In this document: positions 37,287 through 49,408 of the stretch, piece after piece | Numbering within the stretch: the first letter of the stretch is position 1 | Layout of the letters: every line of letters starts with the position of its first letter | Assembly (NCBI GenBank): GCA_902767375.1 | Contig: CACXGV010000029.1 | Coordinates: 137-64,136 of the forward strand | Source of the DNA: an uncultured Erysipelotrichaceae bacterium | GTDB lineage: Bacteria > Bacillota_I > Bacilli_A > RF39 > UBA660 | Reading direction: 5' to 3' | DNA length: 64,000 nt | The notes under the pieces: model-generated | The model's input: the letters and a program-made list of their open reading frames with translations, nothing else | What the model was told of the DNA's origin: nothing | Database searches by the model: none | Translations under genes and position numbers: made by a program

Positions 37287-39686
37287 ATGAAAGATATAAT
37301 AAGTGCAATAAAAGGAAGTAAAAGATTATTATATATATCACTACTATTATTAATAGTAGGTTTTTCAGTTGTCTTAAATTATACTTTCAGTGCCTTTACT
37401 CAAAGTACAGTTAAAAATGCTGCAGATATAACAGTAAGTGAATTAGTATATAATACGTCAGTAAATGGTAATAATACTAATATAATGGCTGGACCTGCTG
37501 GAGAAACTACTAAAAGTAATGTTGTAATTGTATCTCAAAATGCTTATAACACTAAATATGAAATAACCTATCAAGTATGCTCTGATTCAGCATGTAATAC
37601 CATAATATCTAAACCAAATAACTTTGAAGTATATTATTCTTCTATTACTCCAGATCCAGTAAACGGAACTGTTCAATCTGCTGGAAGTAAAACTATCAAA
37701 ATAGTTATAGTTAATGACACAAATACTACTTATTATATAAAAATAGGGATAAATGCCGGATATGCTCATAATGCATTAACTTTAACTGGTCAAATAAATG
37801 AACCATATATTGAAAATGACTTATACATTAGAACAACCATTAATGGTGTTAGATCTAATGACTTCCCATCAACAGCAGCATATGATGCAAGCGTATCATG
37901 TGTACAATTAGATGGAAAAGCTATAAGTACAACAGCATCTATTCTATGGAATGGAACTAAATGGGTATTAGAAGTATATAATTTAACAAAATATAGAACT
38001 CAATGTAATGTTTCATTTACTACTGGAACTGGTCCCACTGCATGGTATGAATCAGAACCAGGTGACTTACTATATGGAATGAAATTAAATAATAATTCAC
38101 CTCAAGACACTTGGACAATTCCAGGAGTTCAATATAGCCAAAATAAAGATGGAAGTTCAATTTATATTTCCAACAACAATGTCACTCATTACTGTACAGC
38201 TGGAACGGGTTATGGGCAAGACCCATTAACTGGCAAGTTTTATCTAACAGGGGTAAGTGTTATACGGCAATATGATTCTTCTTTCATAGGCAAGTATTTT
38301 CCAACTGAGAACTACGTTGGTTCTTGCAGTACCACCAATGAACAACTAAATACCACCGATCTTACCGTAGTTGCAGTAGGGACTTATTCATCATCAATTC
38401 AAATCAGAGAGAATGAAGTATTAAAACGTTGGATAGGAGTAGACACAACATTGCAGGATTATTATTGGACATATGGTACAGGAATAACTAATAATAATGG
38501 GCAATCAGGATATGCAATGAGATTTGATTTGGATGGTGTAGGAACTTTAAAATATAGTGATGATTACCAAAATCTTATAGGAAAATATATAGTTTCGCTA
38601 ACGGCGGCTAATAATGCCTCTGCAACGAATGCTCCAGTATCAGGGATAACGGGAATAGAAAAAATATATGAAGTATTAGATGCAAAGCCAAACTATCTAA
38701 TAGTTGTTAAGGCTACAGAAAAGGCTTTCGCAAAAGCGACAGATGATTATGGAACAAGTTTCTATTATCGAGGGAATATTCAAAATAACTATGTTTTATT
38801 TGCTAATATGTGTTGGAGAATAGTACGTATTGTTGGAGACGGTTCCATCAAAATGGTTTTATATGATTATAATCCTAATAATGCATCAAATCCATGTGCT
38901 TATGGTGTCGCCCAAAATAATTATATGTATTTACCAAGTACTGGGACAAGCAATCCACAGCAAAAAAAATATAACAATTCAACTGATGCAAATGCTTATA
39001 TTGGATATATGTATGGTACACCAAATAGTTCATCTTATATTGCTGAACATACTAATACAAATAACAGTAATTTGTTAAACGTTCTAATGGAATGGTATGA
39101 TGATAAATTAAGAAGCTACAATAACAAACTTGCAGATGTATCATGGTGTAATGATAAGACTATAGCATCTGATTTAACTTATAACCCCTCAAATTATACT
39201 GGAGATATAAATCTTGGATATGGAACTTCAGCAACATACTATGCGCTAAACGAAAGATTCGCAAGTGGATCGAATATACCAAATATTAATTGCCCAACAA
39301 CAAATTCTAATCTTTCAAGGTTTTCCGCGACCGCTGCTAAAGGTAACGGAAAATTAACAACTAATGGGCTGGAATATAAAATAGGAGTTCTTAGTGCTGA
39401 TGAGGCAATGCTAGCGGGTCTTACAACCATGTATATTACCACAGGATCTTACTTAGGTGACAATGCTTTCCCAACAACTACAGTAGGGTACCGCGAATCG
39501 TGGACATTAACTCCAACATATTTTGATGGCTCAACTGCCCAAATTTATACTATTTCATCTGGTCATTTATCATTTCGAAGCGTCGCTTATAACAATGCCT
39601 ATGTACGACCTGCTATAGCATTAAAATCAGACACAACTATCTCTAGTGGAACAGGAACTCAATCTGATCCATATGTAATTAATTAA
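37287..39686 (+). CDS. Signal-anchored surface protein, long paralog (799 aa) with extended C-terminal region
   Basis: GGAGAG RBS; TM then LNYTFSAFTQST; N-terminal module paralogous to 32643..33593; Ser/Thr/Asn/Tyr-rich C-terminal ~550 aa ending DPYVIN. Confidence 0.6.
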   Translation: MKDIISAIKGSKRLLYISLLLLIVGFSVVLNYTFSAFTQSTVKNAADITVSELVYNTSVNGNNTNIMAGPAGETTKSNVVIVSQNAYNTKYEITYQVCSDSACNTIISKPNNFEVYYSSITPDPVNGTVQSAGSKTIKIVIVNDTNTTYYIKIGINAGYAHNALTLTGQINEPYIENDLYIRTTINGVRSNDFPSTAAYDASVSCVQLDGKAISTTASILWNGTKWVLEVYNLTKYRTQCNVSFTTGTGPTAWYESEPGDLLYGMKLNNNSPQDTWTIPGVQYSQNKDGSSIYISNNNVTHYCTAGTGYGQDPLTGKFYLTGVSVIRQYDSSFIGKYFPTENYVGSCSTTNEQLNTTDLTVVAVGTYSSSIQIRENEVLKRWIGVDTTLQDYYWTYGTGITNNNGQSGYAMRFDLDGVGTLKYSDDYQNLIGKYIVSLTAANNASATNAPVSGITGIEKIYEVLDAKPNYLIVVKATEKAFAKATDDYGTSFYYRGNIQNNYVLFANMCWRIVRIVGDGSIKMVLYDYNPNNASNPCAYGVAQNNYMYLPSTGTSNPQQKKYNNSTDANAYIGYMYGTPNSSSYIAEHTNTNNSNLLNVLMEWYDDKLRSYNNKLADVSWCNDKTIASDLTYNPSNYTGDINLGYGTSATYYALNERFASGSNIPNINCPTTNSNLSRFSATAAKGNGKLTTNGLEYKIGVLSADEAMLAGLTTMYITTGSYLGDNAFPTTTVGYRESWTLTPTYFDGSTAQIYTISSGHLSFRSVAYNNAYVRPAIALKSDTTISSGTGTQSDPYVIN

Positions 39687-39712
39687 AACTTTGCAAAAGC
39701 AAAGTTTTTCTT
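39686..39712 (+). terminator. Rho-independent terminator
   Basis: AAACTTTGC-aaaa-GCAAAGTTT 9-bp stem then TTC TTT. Confidence 0.75.
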
Positions 39713-39767
39713 TACATTTAAAAGTTAAAATGATAGAATTTAATTAGAAAAATATTAACGGGTGATG

Positions 39768-40742
39768 GTAATGAAAAAAACAATTGGGGAAAACTTAAAA
39801 AGATTTAGATTAAAGAATAATCTATCTTTAGCAGCTGCAGGAGAGCTTCTAGATTTATCTGCTCCTGGATTATTAAAATATGAAAGGAATAAGATATTAC
39901 CCAATCTAGAACGCCTCGAAAAATTTGCTGAAGTATATCATATATCTATCGATGATATCTTAGATACAGGCTCAACTAATGATATTAAATTTAATAATTT
40001 TAAATGTATATCTAGAACTTCTAGTATTGATCAAGAAAAAATTAAATCTATAATTAGAAAGAGAATTGATAATTACTTTGCTCTTTTAGAATTATCTGAA
40101 ATTAAACTTCAAAATAAATTTGGCGTTCATATGATAAGCACATTAGAAGAAGCCGAAAGTTTAGCAACTAAATTAAGAATTTTCTTTACTATTCCTATTG
40201 ATGCTCCAATTGCTAATCTAATCTATCTACTAGAAAGTAATGGTATGATTATTATGACTATTCCAGTTGATGAGGTAACCAAACATTTTGTAGGTTTTTA
40301 TGAAAATATCAATAACGTTCCAATAATTATTGTTCCTGAAGCAGACAATGGGTACAATCAAAGGTTCTCAATTGCCAAATATCTTGGGGAATTACTAATT
40401 GTTGCAAATAATAATAAAGATGCAATTACGACTAGATTTGCTGAAAGTTTACTTATTCCAAAACAAGCACTTCATAATGAATTTGGTAATTTTAGAACTA
40501 ATATTGAATTTAAAGAATTAGAAATATTTAGCAGCATTTATAAAGTAAGTTATAAAAATATTATTAAAAGACTACTATATGCCGAAATAATAACTCCAAG
40601 TAATGCCAAATATACTAATATTTATATTAATAAAAATAACATTAAAGAACAAACCTATTATGAAGAAGCCCACAACTATGATAAAATGCTTTACAAACTA
40701 AAAGCTTTAGGTCAAATCAAAGACATTTCTAAATATCAATAA
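39768..40742 (+). CDS. XRE-family HTH transcriptional regulator with ~250-aa C-terminal domain
   Basis: IGENLKRFRLKNNLSLAAAGELLDLSAPGLLKYERN HTH_XRE; own TTTACA-17-TAGAAT promoter at 39712-39740. Confidence 0.65.
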   Translation, partial: VMKKTIGENLKRFRLKNNLSLAAAGELLDLSAPGLLKYERNKILPNLERLEKFAEVYHISIDDILDTGSTNDIKFNNFKCISRTSSIDQEKIKSIIRKRIDNYFALLELSEIKLQNKFGVHMISTLEEAESLATKLRIFFTIPIDAPIANLIYLLESNGMIIMTIPVDEVTKHFVGFYENINNVPIIIVPEADNGYNQRFSIAKYLGELLIVANNNKDAITTRFAESLLIPKQALHNEFGNFRTNIEFKELEIFSSIYKVSYKNIIKRLLYAEIITPSNAKYTNIYINKNNIKEQTYYEEAHNYDKMLYKLKALGQIKDISKYQ

Positions 40743-40763
40743 GCCACTTGTAAAGTGGTTTTT
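40743..40763 (+). terminator. Rho-independent terminator
   Basis: GCCACTT-gta-AAGTGG then TTTTT. Confidence 0.55.
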
Positions 40764-40844
40764 AAATTGTACAAATGTTTGTTAAAACTCTTTAACAAAA
40801 TTTTAAAAAATGATATAATTAAAAAGCAGTATAAAGGAGTAATT

Positions 40845-42923
40845 ATGAACATATTAGAAAACTTAAATAAAGAACAAATAGAAGCAGTTAAAACGATTGA
40901 AGGCCCAGTATTAGTAATGGCTGGAGCTGGTTCTGGTAAAACTAAAGTCTTAACCAATCGTATTGCTTATTTAATAGATAATGGTATTCCAGATTATAGT
41001 ATATTAGCTATTACCTTTACAAATAAAGCTGCCAAAGAAATGCGAGATAGAGTAAATCTAATAGTAAAAGATGTTAAATCCTTTATTGGGACATTTCACT
41101 CTTTAGGATTAAGAATTATAAGAGAAAATAATACTTATTTAAATTTACCATCTAATTTTTCAATCATTGATAGCGATGATTCCTTAGTTGTTATCAAAAA
41201 AATTCTAAAAGATATGAACTTAGATCCAAAACAATATAGTCCATCTTATATCCGTAGTCGTATTAGTTTTATTAAAAACCAAATGTTAAATGATATTGAA
41301 TTAGATAAACTATTTAATACCCCAATGGATAAAGTAGTAGTCGAAATATATCACAAATATAATAAAAAATTAATTGAAAGTGCCTCAGTAGACTTTGATG
41401 ATTTATTACTAATGCCTGTAAATTTATTTGAAAAATATCCTGAGATTCTCGAACATTATCAAGAAAAATTTAAATATATTTTAATAGATGAATATCAAGA
41501 TACCAATCCTGTTCAATATAAATTGTCAGTAATGCTATCTAATAAATATAAAAATATCTTTGTAGTTGGAGATATGAATCAAAGTATTTATGCTTTCAGA
41601 CAAGCAGACTATCGTAATATTATTAACTTTGAAAAAGATTTTAAAAACTGTAAAACTATCAAATTAGAACATAACTATCGTAGTACCAATAATATTTTAG
41701 AAGCAGCCAATGGTGTTATAAAACATAATAAAGAAAGAAAAGATTTAAATCTATATTCAGATAAAGGTGATGGAGTAAAAATTAAATACTTACGTTCATA
41801 TGACGAAAAGCATGAAATTGCTCTTGTAATAGATGAGATTAAAAATCTTATGTTAGAAGGTTATGACTACCATGACTTTGCTGTTTTGTATAGAACTAAT
41901 GGACAATCAAGAGCAATTGAAGAAGTATTTATGTCAAAAGGTATACCCTATAAAGTATTTGGTAGCTATTATTTCTATAATCGAAAAGAAATAAAAGATT
42001 TAATTAGTTATTTAAGACTTATTTATAATCCTCAAGATGAAATAAGTTTAAGAAGAATAATTAATGTTCCCAAACGAGGCATAGGTGATGCAGCAATTAA
42101 AGAATTAGAAGAGAAAGTCATGCGTGACAATATCACTATGTTTGACGCGTTATCAACTAAAAAAGAATTAGAATTTAAATCCTTAATTGAAGGATTGATT
42201 AAAGAAAGTGAAAGTCTATCACTAACTGAATTAATTGATGCAATATTAGATAAGACTGGTCTTAAGGCTGAACTAGAGGCTAGTAAATCACTTGAAGATG
42301 AAGCTAGATTAGAATTTTTAATGGAATTTAAGTCTATAACCGCTTCCTTTGAAGAAAGAACCGGATCAGTTAACTTGGGAGACTTCCTAGAAGAAGTATC
42401 ATTAATTGCAGATATTTCTAATCATACTGAAGATGGTAATGCCGTTACCTTGATGACTCTTCATAGTGCTAAAGGTTTAGAATTCCCAGTAGTCTTTCTT
42501 GTTGGTATGGAAGAAGGTATCTTTCCACATAATATGTCTATTATGGAAAATAATTTAGAAGAAGAAAGAAGACTATGTTATGTTGGGATAACAAGAGCTA
42601 AAGATAGATTGTATATCACCAATGCTAAAAGAAGAATGCTTTATGGTAAAGATAATATGAATATGCCGTCAAGATTTATTAGTGAAATAGATCCAAAACT
42701 AATTGATAAAAATGAAGCCATTGAAAAAGAACTAAAAGTTATTGATAAAGAAGAAATGTATACAAAGGATAATGATGATATTGTAAAAGGATCAGTAATA
42801 GAGCATGAAACCTATGGAATTGGAGCTGTAACTAAAGTTGATGGCTCATTCATTGAAGTAGCTTTTAAAACAGGCATTAAAAAGTTAATGAAAAACCACA
42901 AAAGTATTAAAAAAATATCTTAA
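40845..42923 (+). CDS. pcrA: ATP-dependent DNA helicase PcrA (UvrD family)
   Basis: AAGGAG RBS; MNILENLNKEQIEAVKTIEGPVLVMAGAGSGKTKVLTNRIAYL; DEYQDTN motif (ORF-track start 40755 is an upstream extension). Confidence 0.9.
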   Translation: MNILENLNKEQIEAVKTIEGPVLVMAGAGSGKTKVLTNRIAYLIDNGIPDYSILAITFTNKAAKEMRDRVNLIVKDVKSFIGTFHSLGLRIIRENNTYLNLPSNFSIIDSDDSLVVIKKILKDMNLDPKQYSPSYIRSRISFIKNQMLNDIELDKLFNTPMDKVVVEIYHKYNKKLIESASVDFDDLLLMPVNLFEKYPEILEHYQEKFKYILIDEYQDTNPVQYKLSVMLSNKYKNIFVVGDMNQSIYAFRQADYRNIINFEKDFKNCKTIKLEHNYRSTNNILEAANGVIKHNKERKDLNLYSDKGDGVKIKYLRSYDEKHEIALVIDEIKNLMLEGYDYHDFAVLYRTNGQSRAIEEVFMSKGIPYKVFGSYYFYNRKEIKDLISYLRLIYNPQDEISLRRIINVPKRGIGDAAIKELEEKVMRDNITMFDALSTKKELEFKSLIEGLIKESESLSLTELIDAILDKTGLKAELEASKSLEDEARLEFLMEFKSITASFEERTGSVNLGDFLEEVSLIADISNHTEDGNAVTLMTLHSAKGLEFPVVFLVGMEEGIFPHNMSIMENNLEEERRLCYVGITRAKDRLYITNAKRRMLYGKDNMNMPSRFISEIDPKLIDKNEAIEKELKVIDKEEMYTKDNDDIVKGSVIEHETYGIGAVTKVDGSFIEVAFKTGIKKLMKNHKSIKKIS

Positions 42924-42934
42924 AAGGAGTATCC

Positions 42935-45814
<2,880 letters not shown>

Positions 45815-45815
<1 letters not shown>

Positions 45816-45838
45816 AAAAAGCCTTTCGGCTTTTTTAT
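45815..45838 (+). terminator. Rho-independent terminator
   Basis: AAAGCC-tttc-GGCTTT then TTTT. Confidence 0.75.
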
Positions 45839-45878
45839 TTGAATAAAAGTATTATGTATTGTATAATATTATTGCGAG

Positions 45879-46364
45879 GTGGAGAATATGAAAAAATTAA
45901 AGGGGTTCTATCATAACAATCGTATTTATTGCATCCTAATGATCATAAGTATTTTATGTATTCTATTAATAGGAGCAGCATTTATTATGTTTTTTGTAAA
46001 TCAAACTAAAAATGATTCATATGGTAATAGATTAACAGGAATTGAAAATGTGGAGATTACTAAAGAACATAAAGATGAAATAGTAGCATTTCTTGGGGAA
46101 CAAGAAATAGTTGAAAAAGCTACTATAGATATCAGAGGAAAGATTATTTATATTAATATATATTTAAAGAGTGGAAAAGTAGATGACGCTCAAAGTTTAG
46201 CTATTAAATCATTAGATAAACTAACTGAAGATGAAAAGAATTTCTATGATATTAATTACACATTTACTAAAACATCTGAAGAAGAAGACCCAACTTTTCC
46301 AATGATGGGATATAAGAAAAGTGACAAAACCATTATATCTTGGACGAAAGCAAATGGTGAATAA
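45879..46364 (+). CDS. Membrane-anchored hypothetical protein
   Basis: Single N-terminal TM; 161 aa; adjoins the GGDEF gene. Confidence 0.45.
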   Translation: MENMKKLKGFYHNNRIYCILMIISILCILLIGAAFIMFFVNQTKNDSYGNRLTGIENVEITKEHKDEIVAFLGEQEIVEKATIDIRGKIIYINIYLKSGKVDDAQSLAIKSLDKLTEDEKNFYDINYTFTKTSEEEDPTFPMMGYKKSDKTIISWTKANGE

Positions 46365-48397
46365 TGAGAAAAACGAGAAAAATTATTATTAGTGTAGTAG
46401 TAAGTATTCTAGTTGTAGGATTAGGTATATTAGGATACTACCACTATTTTTATGACGCTGATTCTCTTAATTTAGTAGAGAAAGAATGGTTAAACAGCCA
46501 TAAAAATTCTGTAATATCAATAAATGTACCAGGGGAGTTAAATATCTTTGGTAAATCTGGTAAGGGAGTCTTTTTTGAATTCTTAGAATCATTAGAAAAA
46601 AATAATGAACTAAAATTAAATAAAGATGTTATTGACCCTAAAACAAATGAATCATTAGGTTTTACAATTAATAAGAATATTACTAAAGATGATTTATTAA
46701 TATTTAAAGATCATTATGTAATCGTAGGTAAATCTTATACTAGTATTAATAATTTGAATGATTTAATTGGTAAGAATATTGGCGCTTTAGCTAATGATAT
46801 TAATAGATTTAATACAAATTATAATTTAAACATGACATTTACTACAATTGAAAATAAAGATGCGATGGTAAATTCATTAACTGAAAACAAAGTAGATTAT
46901 TTATTAATACCCCTTAATGAATATTTAGATGAAATATTATCTAATAATTTAATTATTCTATACCACATAGATGATATAACAAATTATTATTATATAAAAC
47001 TAGGTGATGATAAAACACTAAATTCAATAATTACTAAGCAATATCATAAATGGATTAATAGTGGCTATACAGAAAGTTTTAATAATAATCTAAGTAATTT
47101 ATTTATCGATAATTTAAATATATCTCAAGTAGAACTAGATAGCATTACTAGTAAAAATTATACATATGGTTTTACTAATAGTACACCATATCAAACATTA
47201 AGTAGTTCTAAATATGGTGGTAAAGTAATCGCATATCTAGAAAACTTTTCTAAATTCAGTGGAGTAGATTTTACATACACTAAATTTAGGAATAATAATG
47301 AATTAGTAAAAGCATTTGAAAAAGGAAAAATAGATTTATTATTTAATAATACATCATATGATATAAAAGGAACTACAATTAATAGTAATATTAACAATAA
47401 TTATGTTATTATTAGTCCTTTAAAAAATAGCTTTAAAGTTAGTAGTATTTCTGATTTAAATAATATAGAAATTTATATTATTAAAGATAGTTTATTAGGG
47501 GCAAAAATAAGCCAAAATAAAAACATTAATATCAAACAAGTAGGAAATGAAAGAGAACTTCTAAAAGCTGTTAGACATAATCAAATAATTGCGTTAGATA
47601 AATTAAGTTATGAATATTTAAAAAATACCAAAATAAAAAATTATCAAGTTGTCTTTGAAGATAACTATGAAAATTATGACTTTAAATACAAAAAAGAAAA
47701 TGATACATTTAATAAATTATTCAATGCCTATACAGGATATTTAAGTGACTATGATATGACTAATGAAGGATTATTAACATATCGAAGTGCAGAATCTAAT
47801 GGTAATTTAATTAGTTCAGTAGCTAAGTATATTTTACTTGTAATTGCAATTTCAATTGTAATCGCTGCCCTAATAATTGCTTCACGTAAAAATGTAAAAT
47901 TAAAATCTAAGAAGATTAGAAAAGATGAAAAACTAAAATTCGTTGATATGTTAACCGCACTTAAAAATCGTAACTACTTAAATGAAAGAATTGATGTTTG
48001 GAATCAAAATACAATTTATCCTCAAGCAATTATTGTTGTAGATTTAAATAATATTAAATATTTAAATGACACCTTCGGCCATGAAGAAGGAGATAAACAA
48101 ATTATGGCTGCTGCTAATATTCTTCATCAAACTCAGTTAGATAATACAGAAATAATGAGAACAGATGGCAACGAGTTTATGATTTATATGGTTGGCTATA
48201 ATGAAAAACAAGTAGTTAATTATCTAAAAAAATTAGTTAAAGAATTTAACGAATTACCATATGAATATGGAGCAGCATTTGGCTTTAGTATGATAGTAGA
48301 TGACTTAAAACTAATTGATGATGCTATCAATGAGGCTACAATTCAGATGCGTGAGAATAAGGAAATAGAAAATGAAAAATCAGAAGAACAAAACTAG
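46364..48397 (+). CDS. Sensor GGDEF-domain protein with degenerate active-site motif (DGNEF)
   Basis: N-terminal TM, large extracytoplasmic domain, second TM (LLVIAISIVIAALIIA), then GGDEF fold (NRNYLNERID...VDLNNIKYLNDTFGHEEGD...RTDGNEFMIYM). Confidence 0.65.
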   Translation: MRKTRKIIISVVVSILVVGLGILGYYHYFYDADSLNLVEKEWLNSHKNSVISINVPGELNIFGKSGKGVFFEFLESLEKNNELKLNKDVIDPKTNESLGFTINKNITKDDLLIFKDHYVIVGKSYTSINNLNDLIGKNIGALANDINRFNTNYNLNMTFTTIENKDAMVNSLTENKVDYLLIPLNEYLDEILSNNLIILYHIDDITNYYYIKLGDDKTLNSIITKQYHKWINSGYTESFNNNLSNLFIDNLNISQVELDSITSKNYTYGFTNSTPYQTLSSSKYGGKVIAYLENFSKFSGVDFTYTKFRNNNELVKAFEKGKIDLLFNNTSYDIKGTTINSNINNNYVIISPLKNSFKVSSISDLNNIEIYIIKDSLLGAKISQNKNINIKQVGNERELLKAVRHNQIIALDKLSYEYLKNTKIKNYQVVFEDNYENYDFKYKKENDTFNKLFNAYTGYLSDYDMTNEGLLTYRSAESNGNLISSVAKYILLVIAISIVIAALIIASRKNVKLKSKKIRKDEKLKFVDMLTALKNRNYLNERIDVWNQNTIYPQAIIVVDLNNIKYLNDTFGHEEGDKQIMAAANILHQTQLDNTEIMRTDGNEFMIYMVGYNEKQVVNYLKKLVKEFNELPYEYGAAFGFSMIVDDLKLIDDAINEATIQMRENKEIENEKSEEQN

Positions 48398-49259
48398 TGC
48401 TACAATAAAAAAAAGAAAGCTTCAAACCAAAGCTTTCTTTAAAAAAGTTTGGGAAATATTAAGAAGACCTCAAATGTCAGTTTTGCCTGGTCAGTTAGCT
48501 TTCTTTTTAATTCTTTCCCTAGTACCAATTATTACATTAATTGGTTATGCTGCAACATTTATTAATATTTCAACTAGTCCAATTGGAGAATTAATTCAAA
48601 ACAATTTTAGCAAAGAAGTTGTTGATGTTATAATGCCATTTGTTAGTCAAGAACCATTAGACTTACAAATAATTATCATGTTAATTGTAATGTTCTATTT
48701 TGCTGCCAATGGCCCAGCATCTATTATTTATACTGCTAATGAAATTCATGGCATTAAACAATCAACTTGGCTTAAAAGAAGAATAAAAGCATTAGTATTA
48801 ACAGTTATTCTAATACTCCTATATTTATTCATTCTAGTTGTCCCACTTCTTGGAGCTAAAATAATAGATGTAATTGATTATTTTCATATCAAAACAGTCC
48901 TAATAAATATTCTAGAAATATTACATGGACCTATATCATGGATTATTATATTCTTATTTATAAAAATTTTATTTACTCTAGCGCCAGATAAAAAAATGCC
49001 TGGAACTAGAATGAATCTAGGAGCTCTCTTTACAACTTTTGGCTGGGTAGTAGCTACTTATATATATGGATATTACTCAACCCATATAGCAAGATATGAT
49101 TTGTTCTATGCAGGCTTATCCAATATAGCAGTTTTAATGTTATGGATATATTTACTAAGTTATATATTAGTAATTGGCTTAAGTTTAACCACTAAAGTAA
49201 CTTATGAAGAATTGGAAAAAACAGGTTCTATAGAAACTCAAAATGAATCCACACTATAA
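48372..49259 (+). CDS. YihY/BrkB-family membrane protein
   Basis: FFKKVWEILRRPQMSVLPGQLAFFLILSLVP typical YihY N-terminus; 6 TM. Confidence 0.65.
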   Translation: MKNQKNKTSATIKKRKLQTKAFFKKVWEILRRPQMSVLPGQLAFFLILSLVPIITLIGYAATFINISTSPIGELIQNNFSKEVVDVIMPFVSQEPLDLQIIIMLIVMFYFAANGPASIIYTANEIHGIKQSTWLKRRIKALVLTVILILLYLFILVVPLLGAKIIDVIDYFHIKTVLINILEILHGPISWIIIFLFIKILFTLAPDKKMPGTRMNLGALFTTFGWVVATYIYGYYSTHIARYDLFYAGLSNIAVLMLWIYLLSYILVIGLSLTTKVTYEELEKTGSIETQNESTL

Positions 49260-49408
49260 ATGTGTACACGAATATTACTTAGTACACTTTATATTTACGA
49301 TCATCAATCTAGTTTTATATGAACTAACGATATTGTAGAGTAATATTTGAGAAGTAATTAACATTACTTCTTTTTGTTTATTCCAAAATATGATAAAATT
49401 AATATGCA

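Noticed and set aside
38830-39078. 82-aa + strand ORF inside the 799-aa surface-protein gene (alternative frame)
   Set aside because: It is embedded out-of-frame in a long, well-supported ORF and its translation is hydrophobic and low-complexity, so it is probably not a gene.
40755-40844. Upstream extensions of pcrA (40755), ligA (43779), rplI (18469), PHP (7405), flavodoxin lipoprotein (253), Abi_2 (12253), lysS (29589) and TagF-like (55282) in the ORF track
   Set aside because: The extensions use non-ATG or RBS-embedded starts and add non-conserved residues. In each case an internal ATG with a proper SD and a canonical protein N-terminus was chosen.
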